DNA of 55,633 nt from a virus. Taxonomy: Duplodnaviria > Caudoviricetes. The position numbers and the translations under genes are program-made. Location of the stretch: positions 1 through 55,633 of IMG/VR virus record IMGVR_UViG_3300032092_000037; one strand, given 5' to 3'. This document shows, piece after piece, positions 35,331 to 43,938 of the stretch. Under the pieces are notes generated by a model, which did no database searches, had not been told where the DNA came from, and saw only the letters and a program-made list of their open reading frames with translations. Within the stretch, counting starts at the first letter, position 1, and every line of letters begins with the position of its first letter.

Positions 35331-36343
35331 TAATCCCGGCAGTCGCCAGTCTCGCCGGTGGCTATCTGCAAGGCGAGGGCGCCCGCAAGGCAGGCGAGGC
35401 CGAGGCGGATGCGGCCAATGCTTCTGCCGCCCTGCAACGCGAAGTCTATCGCGACCAGCGCGGGCTTGCGGCGCCGGGCTATCTCACAGGCGGGGCTGCG
35501 AGCAACAAGCTTGCTGCGATGTTCGGAATCGCGCCGCAGAATTACGAAGCGGCGTTGCGTGGCGGGTATGACTACGGAACGGGCGGTTCCTACAACCCAG
35601 GCGATTATGGCGGCGGCCAGCCGGTCCCGGGCCGCACGGGAGGCGGGGGCCGCAATGCGCTGATGCCGCTGGTCCGCAATGGCGGCGACAACTGGACGAC
35701 GGTGGCCACAAGCGCTCCCGGCGGCTTCGACTATTCCACCTACATGCAGCAGCCCGACCTCGCGAAGGAATGGGCCAAGCCGGATGTTCAGTCGCTGTTC
35801 AACGGCAATCGCGACGCCTACGCCTACTGGCACTACAACAAGTTCGGCCAGGGCGAGGGCAGGACGCTCAATCCCGTTCTCGGCAACACGCAAAATCCGC
35901 AGCCCATTGGCGGCGCGCAGCTTGTCGGGCAGTCAGCGTCCGATCCCATGGCCGAGTTCATGGCAAGCCCTTACAACAAGCTCGCCACGGAGATGTCGGA
36001 CATCGACTTCGGCAAGATCAAGGGCCAGCTCGGAGCGGCGGGCAAGTCGATATCGGGACCGGGCGAGGCGCGCTATGCCAAGACGCTGGCGGGCAATCGC
36101 TACGGTGCGTTCGGGGACTATACCAACGCGCTTCGCTCGCTTGCAGGCATGCAGCAGACGGCCAGCAGCCAGATCAGCAGCGCTGCCGGGCAGTACGGCA
36201 CCAATGCTGGCGATGCGCTGATGAGTGCGGGCCGGGCCCGCGGTAACGCGCTGGCAAGCCGCTATCAGGGCATTGGTCAGGGCGTCGCGGGTGCGGTCGG
36301 CGCTGTGCAGGACTATGGCCAGAAAAACTGGGGCTGGAGCTGA
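35315..36343 (+). CDS. DNA ejection protein (P22 gp7-like)
   Basis: Hydrophobic Gly/Ala N-terminus, ASAALQREVY...APGY..G, GRARGNALAS; synteny. Confidence 0.75.
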   Translation: MPWAIIIPAVASLAGGYLQGEGARKAGEAEADAANASAALQREVYRDQRGLAAPGYLTGGAASNKLAAMFGIAPQNYEAALRGGYDYGTGGSYNPGDYGGGQPVPGRTGGGGRNALMPLVRNGGDNWTTVATSAPGGFDYSTYMQQPDLAKEWAKPDVQSLFNGNRDAYAYWHYNKFGQGEGRTLNPVLGNTQNPQPIGGAQLVGQSASDPMAEFMASPYNKLATEMSDIDFGKIKGQLGAAGKSISGPGEARYAKTLAGNRYGAFGDYTNALRSLAGMQQTASSQISSAAGQYGTNAGDALMSAGRARGNALASRYQGIGQGVAGAVGAVQDYGQKNWGWS

Positions 36344-37749
36344 TGGCAAACATGCTTTCGATGTCATCGCCCTTGCCGTCGCTTCGGCAGGAGGCGCCCA
36401 CCAATTCGGCCCCGCCGCCGGCAAACAAGCTCGGCGCGATGCCAACCGGCAACCCCTACATGGCGCCGAAAAAGAGGCCGCAGAACGCGCTTCTCGGTTC
36501 AGCGCTGGACGGCTTCATGCGCGGATTCGCCCCGCAGCAGCGCGAGGCGGACATGGAGCGCCGCAAGCTGGAAGGGCAGGAAAAAGCCAAGCAGACCCTC
36601 GCCCTGATGCAGCAGCAGCGTGCTCTCCCCGTCGAGCAGCGCGCCGCATGGTGGCAGCAGAACGCCGACACCATCGGCCAGATCATCGGTCAGGACGTGC
36701 GGTCGATGCCGATCCAGCCGGAGCAGTTCGCGGATCAGGCGCTTGACGGCCACATCGCCGCGCTCTCTGCGCAGATGGGGATCGGGCCGGAGAAACCTCC
36801 GGGACCGGACTATCAGTTTTTCCACGGCCAAGATGGCTTTGTCGGCCGTGGCGACAAGACGTCAGGCGGGTTCGATGTGCTGCAGCCCGGAACGCCGAAA
36901 CCGCCAGAACGCCCTGACCTTCCCGAGGGTATGATGTACGGCGATGACGGGCAGGTCGTGGAGGTTCCCGGATATTCCGACATGCGCATTCGTATCGCGC
37001 GTGGAAGCCAGAATCCGGGGAGCAACACGACGGACTCTTACAGGCCGGCAACGCCAGAAGAAAAAGTGGCTTATGGTGTCGATCCCAGTGTGGCGCTCAC
37101 CATCAATACGCGCACCGGAAAGCCCGATGTGCTCGTCAACCCGAAAACAACCCAGCTTTACTCGCCAACGGAAGAAAAGAACTTCAGGGGCAAGGCAAGC
37201 GCTCTTGGAACGCTCAAGTTCCTGACTGACCAGTACCGCTCGCTCGTCAACCAGCATGGGCCTGGCTTGTGGGATGGCAGCATGCAGGGCTTCGAGTGGA
37301 AAAAGACAGAAGAAGGTCAAAAGCTTCTCGCCGCACACAACAACCTGATGATGTTCCTCAAGGGTCCTGAGCTTTTCAACCTTGGCGTTTTGACAGGGCC
37401 TGACGTTGAGCGCCTGCAGCGCACGCTTCCTGAGCCCGTTGGCATGGCGGCGTTTGGGCAGGACAAGAAGACCCTCGGGATTGGTCTGGACAGCCTTGAC
37501 CAACTTGTCGGCTATCAAATGGGCATGATCCCAGAGGAATTCAGGCCTCCGCCGAAGCCGACTGATCCTTCGTCATCGTGGATCGGAAAACAGGCCCAGC
37601 GCCTCATGAAAATGGGTGGCGCTCCTGCGCCTGCGTCATTGTCGCAATTGGCTCCCGGTACGATCGATGTCGATGACGACACCGGCCAGAGATACCGCTT
37701 CAAAGGCGGTGACGACACGGACCCGAACAACTGGGAGCCTGTCCAGTAG
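36343..37749 (+). CDS. DNA ejection protein (gp20 position)
   Basis: Synteny; LFNLGVLTGPD and C-terminal YRFKGGD..DPNNWEPV. Confidence 0.7.
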   Translation: MANMLSMSSPLPSLRQEAPTNSAPPPANKLGAMPTGNPYMAPKKRPQNALLGSALDGFMRGFAPQQREADMERRKLEGQEKAKQTLALMQQQRALPVEQRAAWWQQNADTIGQIIGQDVRSMPIQPEQFADQALDGHIAALSAQMGIGPEKPPGPDYQFFHGQDGFVGRGDKTSGGFDVLQPGTPKPPERPDLPEGMMYGDDGQVVEVPGYSDMRIRIARGSQNPGSNTTDSYRPATPEEKVAYGVDPSVALTINTRTGKPDVLVNPKTTQLYSPTEEKNFRGKASALGTLKFLTDQYRSLVNQHGPGLWDGSMQGFEWKKTEEGQKLLAAHNNLMMFLKGPELFNLGVLTGPDVERLQRTLPEPVGMAAFGQDKKTLGIGLDSLDQLVGYQMGMIPEEFRPPPKPTDPSSSWIGKQAQRLMKMGGAPAPASLSQLAPGTIDVDDDTGQRYRFKGGDDTDPNNWEPVQ

Positions 37750-40700
37750 ATGCCAGCTCCATGGGAAAAAGCCGCAGCGGTGAAGCAGCCGCAGCCATCG
37801 CCCGCGCCTGCGCCAGCCGGCCGCAAGCCGTGGGAAAAGGCTGCGGCGCGAACCGTCCCCGCGCGCGACAACTTCCAGATGATCAAGCCCGAGGCGCGCG
37901 AACGTGTTGCGGCGATGCAGGGCGAGCGCAGCCTGCCGATGGCGAGGCCGGCCGACCCGAACGCGCCGAACCCGATCACCACGGCTGTGCGGCAGAGCCA
38001 GGCTGATACGGGCAACGCGTTTGCAGAAGAGGCGCGACGCAGGCAGGAGCGCCGCGACGCCTCGCGCGTCAACATGGGCGATATGCTCATCACGCACGAT
38101 GACAGCGGCAATCTGCGCCCGGGCACAGAAGCAGATCGCGACCTGTCCAAAGCAATGATGGCGGCGACGCCAAATGCCCTGTCAGACCTTGGCGAAGCCA
38201 TTGTCAACGCACCGGGAGACATCGCGCAAACCGTTATGGGCGGGCAGCGTGTGATTCCGCGCGCAGACCTTCCGCGCGCCGATATGACCTACGAGTCGCC
38301 AGTCGGTGAAGTGGCTGGTCCGGCCATGGAAAACCTCATGCAGTTTGCGCTGGCGCGGCGTCTGGCTGGAAAGGTTGCGCCCGGCGGTGGTCCCATCGCC
38401 TCCCGTGCAAAGGATGCCGCATCGGTTCTGGCGGGCGTCGATAGCGATGAAGAGGACTGGGGCCGCCTTGCAGATATGGTCAATGCGGCCGTGCAGGAGT
38501 CTGGTTCGCCTGATCAGGTAAAGGCCGCAGTGGGCTGGCTGGCGGAGCGCGACCCCAGCAATCCCGTGGTCGAGCGCCTCAAGAACGTCATTGACTTTGT
38601 GCTTCCCGATGAGGCGGCCCGCCTTGCTGGTCGCGGCGTCGTGGCCGCAGATCGCGCGCTCATGGGGAAGGGGGCTGTCACCCCTACCAACGCAGGTGGC
38701 GCACGTCCCGGCCCCGTCACGCCCCGCAACGCCCTTGCCCCCCGGCCTTCAGTCGCTCCCGTCGCCCAGCCCGCCATCCCGCAGGCTCCTCCCGCCGCTG
38801 CTCAGGCGCGGCCTGCCGGCGCGGGGCAGCAGGCTCCCGGCGGGGCGCAGCCCGCCCTCAATGCCGTTCCCGTCTCTCCGACTGTCTCCAAGGCTCAGGC
38901 CAGAGAGGCCAAGGACACGGCTGTCATCCTCGGGCGCCTCATGCGTTCCGGTGGGATCAAGAACGACGCGATACGTCGGTATCTGCCGGGACTGATACAG
39001 CGATATGAAAGCCTGGGTGACAGCCGCGTTCCCCTTGCGCGTTTCATAGAACGTGATCTTCCGCAGCATTTTCCTGAAGGGGTTGCGGGTGATGTCACCG
39101 CAAAGCTTCGCGGGTTTGGACGCGAACGCGATGCGAGCACAGGCCCGAAGGATACCTCCCGCTATACGATGCAGGAGACGAAAAAGGGGCTTCGCAGCTC
39201 GCAGCAGGATCATCTGACAGAGGTTATCCGAAGCAACACATACAAGAAAGAACTGATCGACGCTGAGGACAAGATCAGGGCGGACATGCGCCTTAACGCA
39301 GAGGCGGGGTATGAGACAGCGCTTGATCTTGGAATCGAGAAGCTGGTCAGCCGCACAGCAAAGCCGGAAGAGTTGAAGGCTGCCGAGACGCTCAAAGGTT
39401 TGATGGCCTCGGAGCCGTTTACAAGTCGCATCCCGGAGCACGTCAAGGTGCAGGCGATGCGAACGGGCAAAACCATCGAAGACATGATTAAGGAAGACCC
39501 GTTCCGCACGGCGCACTGGCTGCAATCAGCTTTGGGCAAGGCAGAACGGGCGGCGCAGGGACTTGGAGGAAAGGCCACACCCGAGTCGCTACTCTACAAG
39601 GAATTGCGCGATGCTGTGCTGGAACCGCTAGAAAATTCTATTTCTGGATACAAGGGCGCCCGCAATGCCCACGGCGACCTGTTTGGAGCCGATGAGGCGC
39701 TGGAATTCGGGGAGGACTTGTTCCTTGCCGCTCGCTCTGAAGTCGAGACGGCCCGCAAGGCGCGTGATTTCAACAAGCTGTCCAAGCAGCAGCAGACTGT
39801 TGCGACCATGTCGATCCGCGACAAGCTGCTCAACGAGTTTCGTGGCACGCCAGAGGATGCGGCAGCCAAGCTCACCCGGATGCAGCAGGAAGGCGTTCTC
39901 AATGCCATTGAGCGCATCCTTGGTGCGGATGGTAAACGCATCACGGCCGCAATCCGTGAGACGGTCGAGGAAAACGACTGGCTGAGATCGATCGATCAGG
40001 GCTCAGGCTCGCCTACATTCGGTAATGCCGCCGGCGCACGGGATGCTGCCGAGAATGTCCGTGGCCCGATCAACAAGGCTGTCGGATCACTTGGCGACAA
40101 GCGCACTTATCTTGGTGCAGTCGTCGGTGATGTGGTGCTGTCCAGCGTCGGCGTTCCGCCAGTTCTGACGGTTGGCAAGGCGACCAGTGACGCAGTCGGG
40201 GCGGCGGGCAGGCCCAGCGCGCGGCAGTTGTCGAATGCGACGAAAGGCCTGTTTGGCCTACCAGAACCCAAGCCTACAGGCAATGCGCTTGCTTCGCCCC
40301 CGCGCCAGCCTCGTGCGCCGCGCAAAGCCAAGCCGCCCGAACAACTCGAAGCCGATCTCGAAACGCTTCTGAAGCAGTACGACCAGGTTGATCATCGCAA
40401 CAATCCGACCGAGTCGGCGCGCATCCTCAAAAAGATTGACGCGCTGAAAAAGAAGATTGGCGTTCCTTCCACACGCCCCAGCGGCTCCCCTCCCGATCAG
40501 GCGGGGTTTGGCGGCCGTCCCAAGCCCCTGCCGATGGACGAAGCCTCTCGAATGCAGAGAGCGAGACAGCAGGGGTTTGATGTCGATACGCCGCTGTTCC
40601 ATGGGACGAACAAGGACATTGAAGCGTTTGCCGTTCCTCCGCCGTCGCGCGCTGGCTTGCGTGAGGATGACGCTGTTTTCCTGACGGACGCGCCGGACCT

Positions 40701-42942
40701 TGCGAGCAGCTACGCCAAGGGCGAGGGTGCAAACGTTATACCTGTATTCGCCCGCGTGAAAAACCCCTTCCGTTATGATGCGAAGGGAGAGAACTGGGTT
40801 CGTGCGTGGCCGTCTGCCATGGTGCGCGCCAAGCGCGGCGGCCATGATGGCGTTATCGTCACGAACGTCGATGATTGGGGCGACGCGAAGGCTGGAGCCG
40901 ACGCCAGAAACATGGGCGACAAAATCCTCGGCAGGCCCCGCGCGCTTCGCACGGTCTACGCCGTCTTTGACCCCGCAAACATCCGCTCAGTCAACGCCAC
41001 CTTCGACCCCTCCGAAACACAAAGCAGCAAGCTTCTAGCTGGTACAGGAGGAAAAGCGCGCGGCATCGTAGACAATCTCAAGCAGGATGTGGCTCTTGCT
41101 GGTTTTGGCTCAGTCGGAGGCTCGTTCGCCAATCAGGACGATCCGCAGGCTGGCGCTCTAGGCGGTATGGCGCTCGCGCTTGGGGCCAAGTACGGCGGTC
41201 GCGGCGCTCGTGCTCTCGGCAACGCGCTGAAGGGCGGGAGGCCTCCGAAGGGGCCGACGCCGAAGGGGGCTGGCGTGTCGCTTCAGAACGCCGAGAAAAT
41301 CCTGGCTGACTTCCGCGTTGCCCGCGAACTGTCAGACGAGCAGCTTGCACCTGTAGCCGATGCGATCAACAAGGAAATGCGCCGTCTTCAGACCAAGACT
41401 GTAGACGTGAACGGCGAACGCATTCCGTATTCCAACACCACTGAAGGCTATGAGCGCGTCATGCGGCTCAACGGCCTACTCATGAATGCCTTCAAGAATG
41501 CATCTGGCGAGATCGACATCGCAAAGGCGATGCGCTGGGCCGAGAAGAACGACCCTGACCGCGTTATGCGGGTGGAGGCCGGGCGTGCGGCGAATGATAT
41601 GCAAGATGGCGTGCGGCGTACCGAGCGCGCCACCCCCAAGCCCCCGCCCCGCGCCCAAGGCTTCGGTGGATCAGGCAAAGGGCCGGCGGGGAAGGGGCCG
41701 CAGATGTCCGGCAAGGTCATCTCGGAACTGGAGCGTGCGAAAAAGACCCTGCCGCCAGAGGTGCGCAACAAACTAGCCGCAAATGCCGCCAAGCCACCCG
41801 CCCTGCGGGTTTCGGCCGCAGAAGCGACGGGGGACGACCCGTCCATCTACGCCATGGCTGCCCCTTTCCAGCGCTCCCGCAAGCCGCTCATTGCCCGTCG
41901 CGCGCCGCCGAACATGGTAGAGAGGGGCGTCAACGAAGGCATGGCGCGCGTTGAGGCGCAAGCAGGCAAGCCGCCGCCATTGGACGAAGCTGGCGAGGCT
42001 GTGCGGCTTTCAGAACGCCAGCGCCGGGCCGCCAAAGCTGACGCACAGACTACAGCCAACAGGCTCAATCCCTACGCCAATGAGGCCGCAGGCATTCCTG
42101 ACAAGCCCCTTCCCAAGCGGGTGGCTACACGTGAAGAGGATGCGACGAAGCTTGCCATTGCATCGCGCGAGATGCTGGCCAAGCACCGCCTCACCGCAAA
42201 CGAATACGAACAGGCCGTGGCCTACGCCAATGCACGAAAGGCCAAGATTGCCGACGCCCTGCTGACGGGTCGCGTTGCCCCTCCCGGCCGTCCCGGGGCA
42301 ACATCTACGGGTGTTCTTCCTGGTTCCGCCGGGCAGCCCCTTCCGCCTCGCAGGATGTCCCCCGTGTCGCGTCGGGAGGCCGATGAGATGGCTGCGCTGG
42401 TGTTCGACAAGGAGCGGGCCCAGTTGCTCGATGACGTTCTGTCTGGTCGCGTGGTCCCGCGCAATCGCTCGGCGCATCACGCGGCGTTGCTGCTGGCAGC
42501 CGGATCAACAATTGGTGCTGTCGGCGGTGCGGCTGTCATTGCCGATATTCAGAACGCGGCAAACAACCGGCGTGCGGCAAACGCGGATCAGAAGGCAGAC
42601 GAGCCTGTCTACGACAATCCCGGCGATCCTCGCTTCGTGTGGGATTGGGAGAAGGTGAAGTCTGAGCGCAACCCGGCGATGCAGAACATTCAGATCCAAC
42701 TCAACCGTCTGCCGCCGAATGCGTCAGGCGGAAGGTACAACCTGAAGACAGACGGCCGCTGGACCAAAAGTGGCGAGACGGATCGCGCGATCCGAAACTG
42801 GCTCTACGAGAATGGCTTCGATCCGAATGGGCCGTTCACGATGGATCACTGGACGTTGCTGGACAAACAGGTGCTGGAAGGCGAGCAGACTACCAGAGCG
42901 GCCCCCGCCCGTCGTTCCCGCGATGCCATGCCCACGCCGTGA
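37750..42942 (+). CDS. Large ejection/polyvalent protein with ART-PolyVal-like and peptidoglycan-binding-like domains
   Basis: 1730 aa in the gp16 position; LFHGT...VFLTD...ASSYA...VIPVFARVKNP...GHDGVI...AVFDPANIRS; C-terminal IQIQLNRL...LKTDG...TDRAIRNW. Confidence 0.75.
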   Translation: MPAPWEKAAAVKQPQPSPAPAPAGRKPWEKAAARTVPARDNFQMIKPEARERVAAMQGERSLPMARPADPNAPNPITTAVRQSQADTGNAFAEEARRRQERRDASRVNMGDMLITHDDSGNLRPGTEADRDLSKAMMAATPNALSDLGEAIVNAPGDIAQTVMGGQRVIPRADLPRADMTYESPVGEVAGPAMENLMQFALARRLAGKVAPGGGPIASRAKDAASVLAGVDSDEEDWGRLADMVNAAVQESGSPDQVKAAVGWLAERDPSNPVVERLKNVIDFVLPDEAARLAGRGVVAADRALMGKGAVTPTNAGGARPGPVTPRNALAPRPSVAPVAQPAIPQAPPAAAQARPAGAGQQAPGGAQPALNAVPVSPTVSKAQAREAKDTAVILGRLMRSGGIKNDAIRRYLPGLIQRYESLGDSRVPLARFIERDLPQHFPEGVAGDVTAKLRGFGRERDASTGPKDTSRYTMQETKKGLRSSQQDHLTEVIRSNTYKKELIDAEDKIRADMRLNAEAGYETALDLGIEKLVSRTAKPEELKAAETLKGLMASEPFTSRIPEHVKVQAMRTGKTIEDMIKEDPFRTAHWLQSALGKAERAAQGLGGKATPESLLYKELRDAVLEPLENSISGYKGARNAHGDLFGADEALEFGEDLFLAARSEVETARKARDFNKLSKQQQTVATMSIRDKLLNEFRGTPEDAAAKLTRMQQEGVLNAIERILGADGKRITAAIRETVEENDWLRSIDQGSGSPTFGNAAGARDAAENVRGPINKAVGSLGDKRTYLGAVVGDVVLSSVGVPPVLTVGKATSDAVGAAGRPSARQLSNATKGLFGLPEPKPTGNALASPPRQPRAPRKAKPPEQLEADLETLLKQYDQVDHRNNPTESARILKKIDALKKKIGVPSTRPSGSPPDQAGFGGRPKPLPMDEASRMQRARQQGFDVDTPLFHGTNKDIEAFAVPPPSRAGLREDDAVFLTDAPDLASSYAKGEGANVIPVFARVKNPFRYDAKGENWVRAWPSAMVRAKRGGHDGVIVTNVDDWGDAKAGADARNMGDKILGRPRALRTVYAVFDPANIRSVNATFDPSETQSSKLLAGTGGKARGIVDNLKQDVALAGFGSVGGSFANQDDPQAGALGGMALALGAKYGGRGARALGNALKGGRPPKGPTPKGAGVSLQNAEKILADFRVARELSDEQLAPVADAINKEMRRLQTKTVDVNGERIPYSNTTEGYERVMRLNGLLMNAFKNASGEIDIAKAMRWAEKNDPDRVMRVEAGRAANDMQDGVRRTERATPKPPPRAQGFGGSGKGPAGKGPQMSGKVISELERAKKTLPPEVRNKLAANAAKPPALRVSAAEATGDDPSIYAMAAPFQRSRKPLIARRAPPNMVERGVNEGMARVEAQAGKPPPLDEAGEAVRLSERQRRAAKADAQTTANRLNPYANEAAGIPDKPLPKRVATREEDATKLAIASREMLAKHRLTANEYEQAVAYANARKAKIADALLTGRVAPPGRPGATSTGVLPGSAGQPLPPRRMSPVSRREADEMAALVFDKERAQLLDDVLSGRVVPRNRSAHHAALLLAAGSTIGAVGGAAVIADIQNAANNRRAANADQKADEPVYDNPGDPRFVWDWEKVKSERNPAMQNIQIQLNRLPPNASGGRYNLKTDGRWTKSGETDRAIRNWLYENGFDPNGPFTMDHWTLLDKQVLEGEQTTRAAPARRSRDAMPTP

Positions 42943-43069
42943 AGATGACGCACAGCGCAAAGACTGCGAAACCTGACCAGTAGCCCGGAAGCTGAAGCAG
43001 TCCGGGAAGACAGAACGCAACCGCCAACAAAATGACAGCTTGGATCGTGTGATCGACCAGGTACGGCAT
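42890..43069 (-). CDS. 59-aa two-TM membrane protein (below the ORF-track cutoff)
   Basis: Hand translation MPYLVDHTIQAVILLAVAFCLPGLLQLPGYWSGFAVFALCVIFTAWAWHRGNDGRGPLW; AGGA SD. Confidence 0.5.
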   Translation of the reverse strand: MPYLVDHTIQAVILLAVAFCLPGLLQLPGYWSGFAVFALCVIFTAWAWHRGNDGRGPLW

Positions 43070-43238
43070 TCGTAAATCCTAACACACCGACCCAGCCCTG
43101 AAAACTCTCGGGGCTAACCCTGAACCAGCATCACGTGCTGTTCGCCTAATGCAAAAAGGGTGCTAGAACAAACGAGCCGGAAGGAAGCGACAACTTCCAA
43201 CCGGCTCTGACCGCAACCGCTCGGACAAGGAGCAGAAG

Positions 43239-43838
43239 ATGGCTAAGCAAGCAGATACCACGAAATCGCGTGCATTGCGCAAGTGCCGCTTTGAAAGCTG
43301 TGATCGAACGGTCGGCACTAAAGGAGCAAAGGGACTTTGTCCTGCACACTACAGGCAGTCTAAGGTGGGCGAGCTGCGCCCGATCATTAAGAAGATGCGC
43401 CGAGTGCCCGGCGCGGTGTGCTTAGTAGACGGGTGCGAAAAGCGAGATGGGCGGTTCTCTGCTGGCATGTGCAATGCGCATTATCTGCGCAGTTACAGGC
43501 ACGGTGATCCAAACATTCTCTTGAAAACGCAGGACGGGGAGCCTGCAAAGTGGATAAAGTCGATGGTTGGGTTTTCTGGGACAGAATGCCTGACATGGCC
43601 ATTTGCCCGCGACCCAGGCGGCTATCCGTGTAAACATACATTTGACGGGAAACCCATTCGAGCGCATCGCGTCATGTGCATACTTGTGCACGGCGATCCG
43701 CCGTTCCCAAAAGCGGAAGCGGCACATTCTTGCGGAAACGGAAATCTAGGCTGCGTGAACCCAAACCATTTGAGTTGGAAAACTCACGCAGAAAACATGG
43801 CCGACTTGGCCATTCACTATCGAGAACGCCGCCGCTAG
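43239..43838 (+). CDS. HNH (His-Cys) homing endonuclease with N-terminal zinc-finger repeats
   Basis: AAGGAG SD; C...C...GLCPAHY and GMCNAHY; ECLTWP, AHRVMC, AAHSCGN...CVNPNHL...EN; lower GC. Confidence 0.85.
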   Translation: MAKQADTTKSRALRKCRFESCDRTVGTKGAKGLCPAHYRQSKVGELRPIIKKMRRVPGAVCLVDGCEKRDGRFSAGMCNAHYLRSYRHGDPNILLKTQDGEPAKWIKSMVGFSGTECLTWPFARDPGGYPCKHTFDGKPIRAHRVMCILVHGDPPFPKAEAAHSCGNGNLGCVNPNHLSWKTHAENMADLAIHYRERRR

Positions 43839-43938
43839 CGGACGCTTAGCCGACCACCTTGTTGAATTAATCCCAACTCAACGCCCCGCCCTAACCGGCG
43901 GGGCGAAACCATTTCTGCATTTGTCGTCGGAGCCATGA

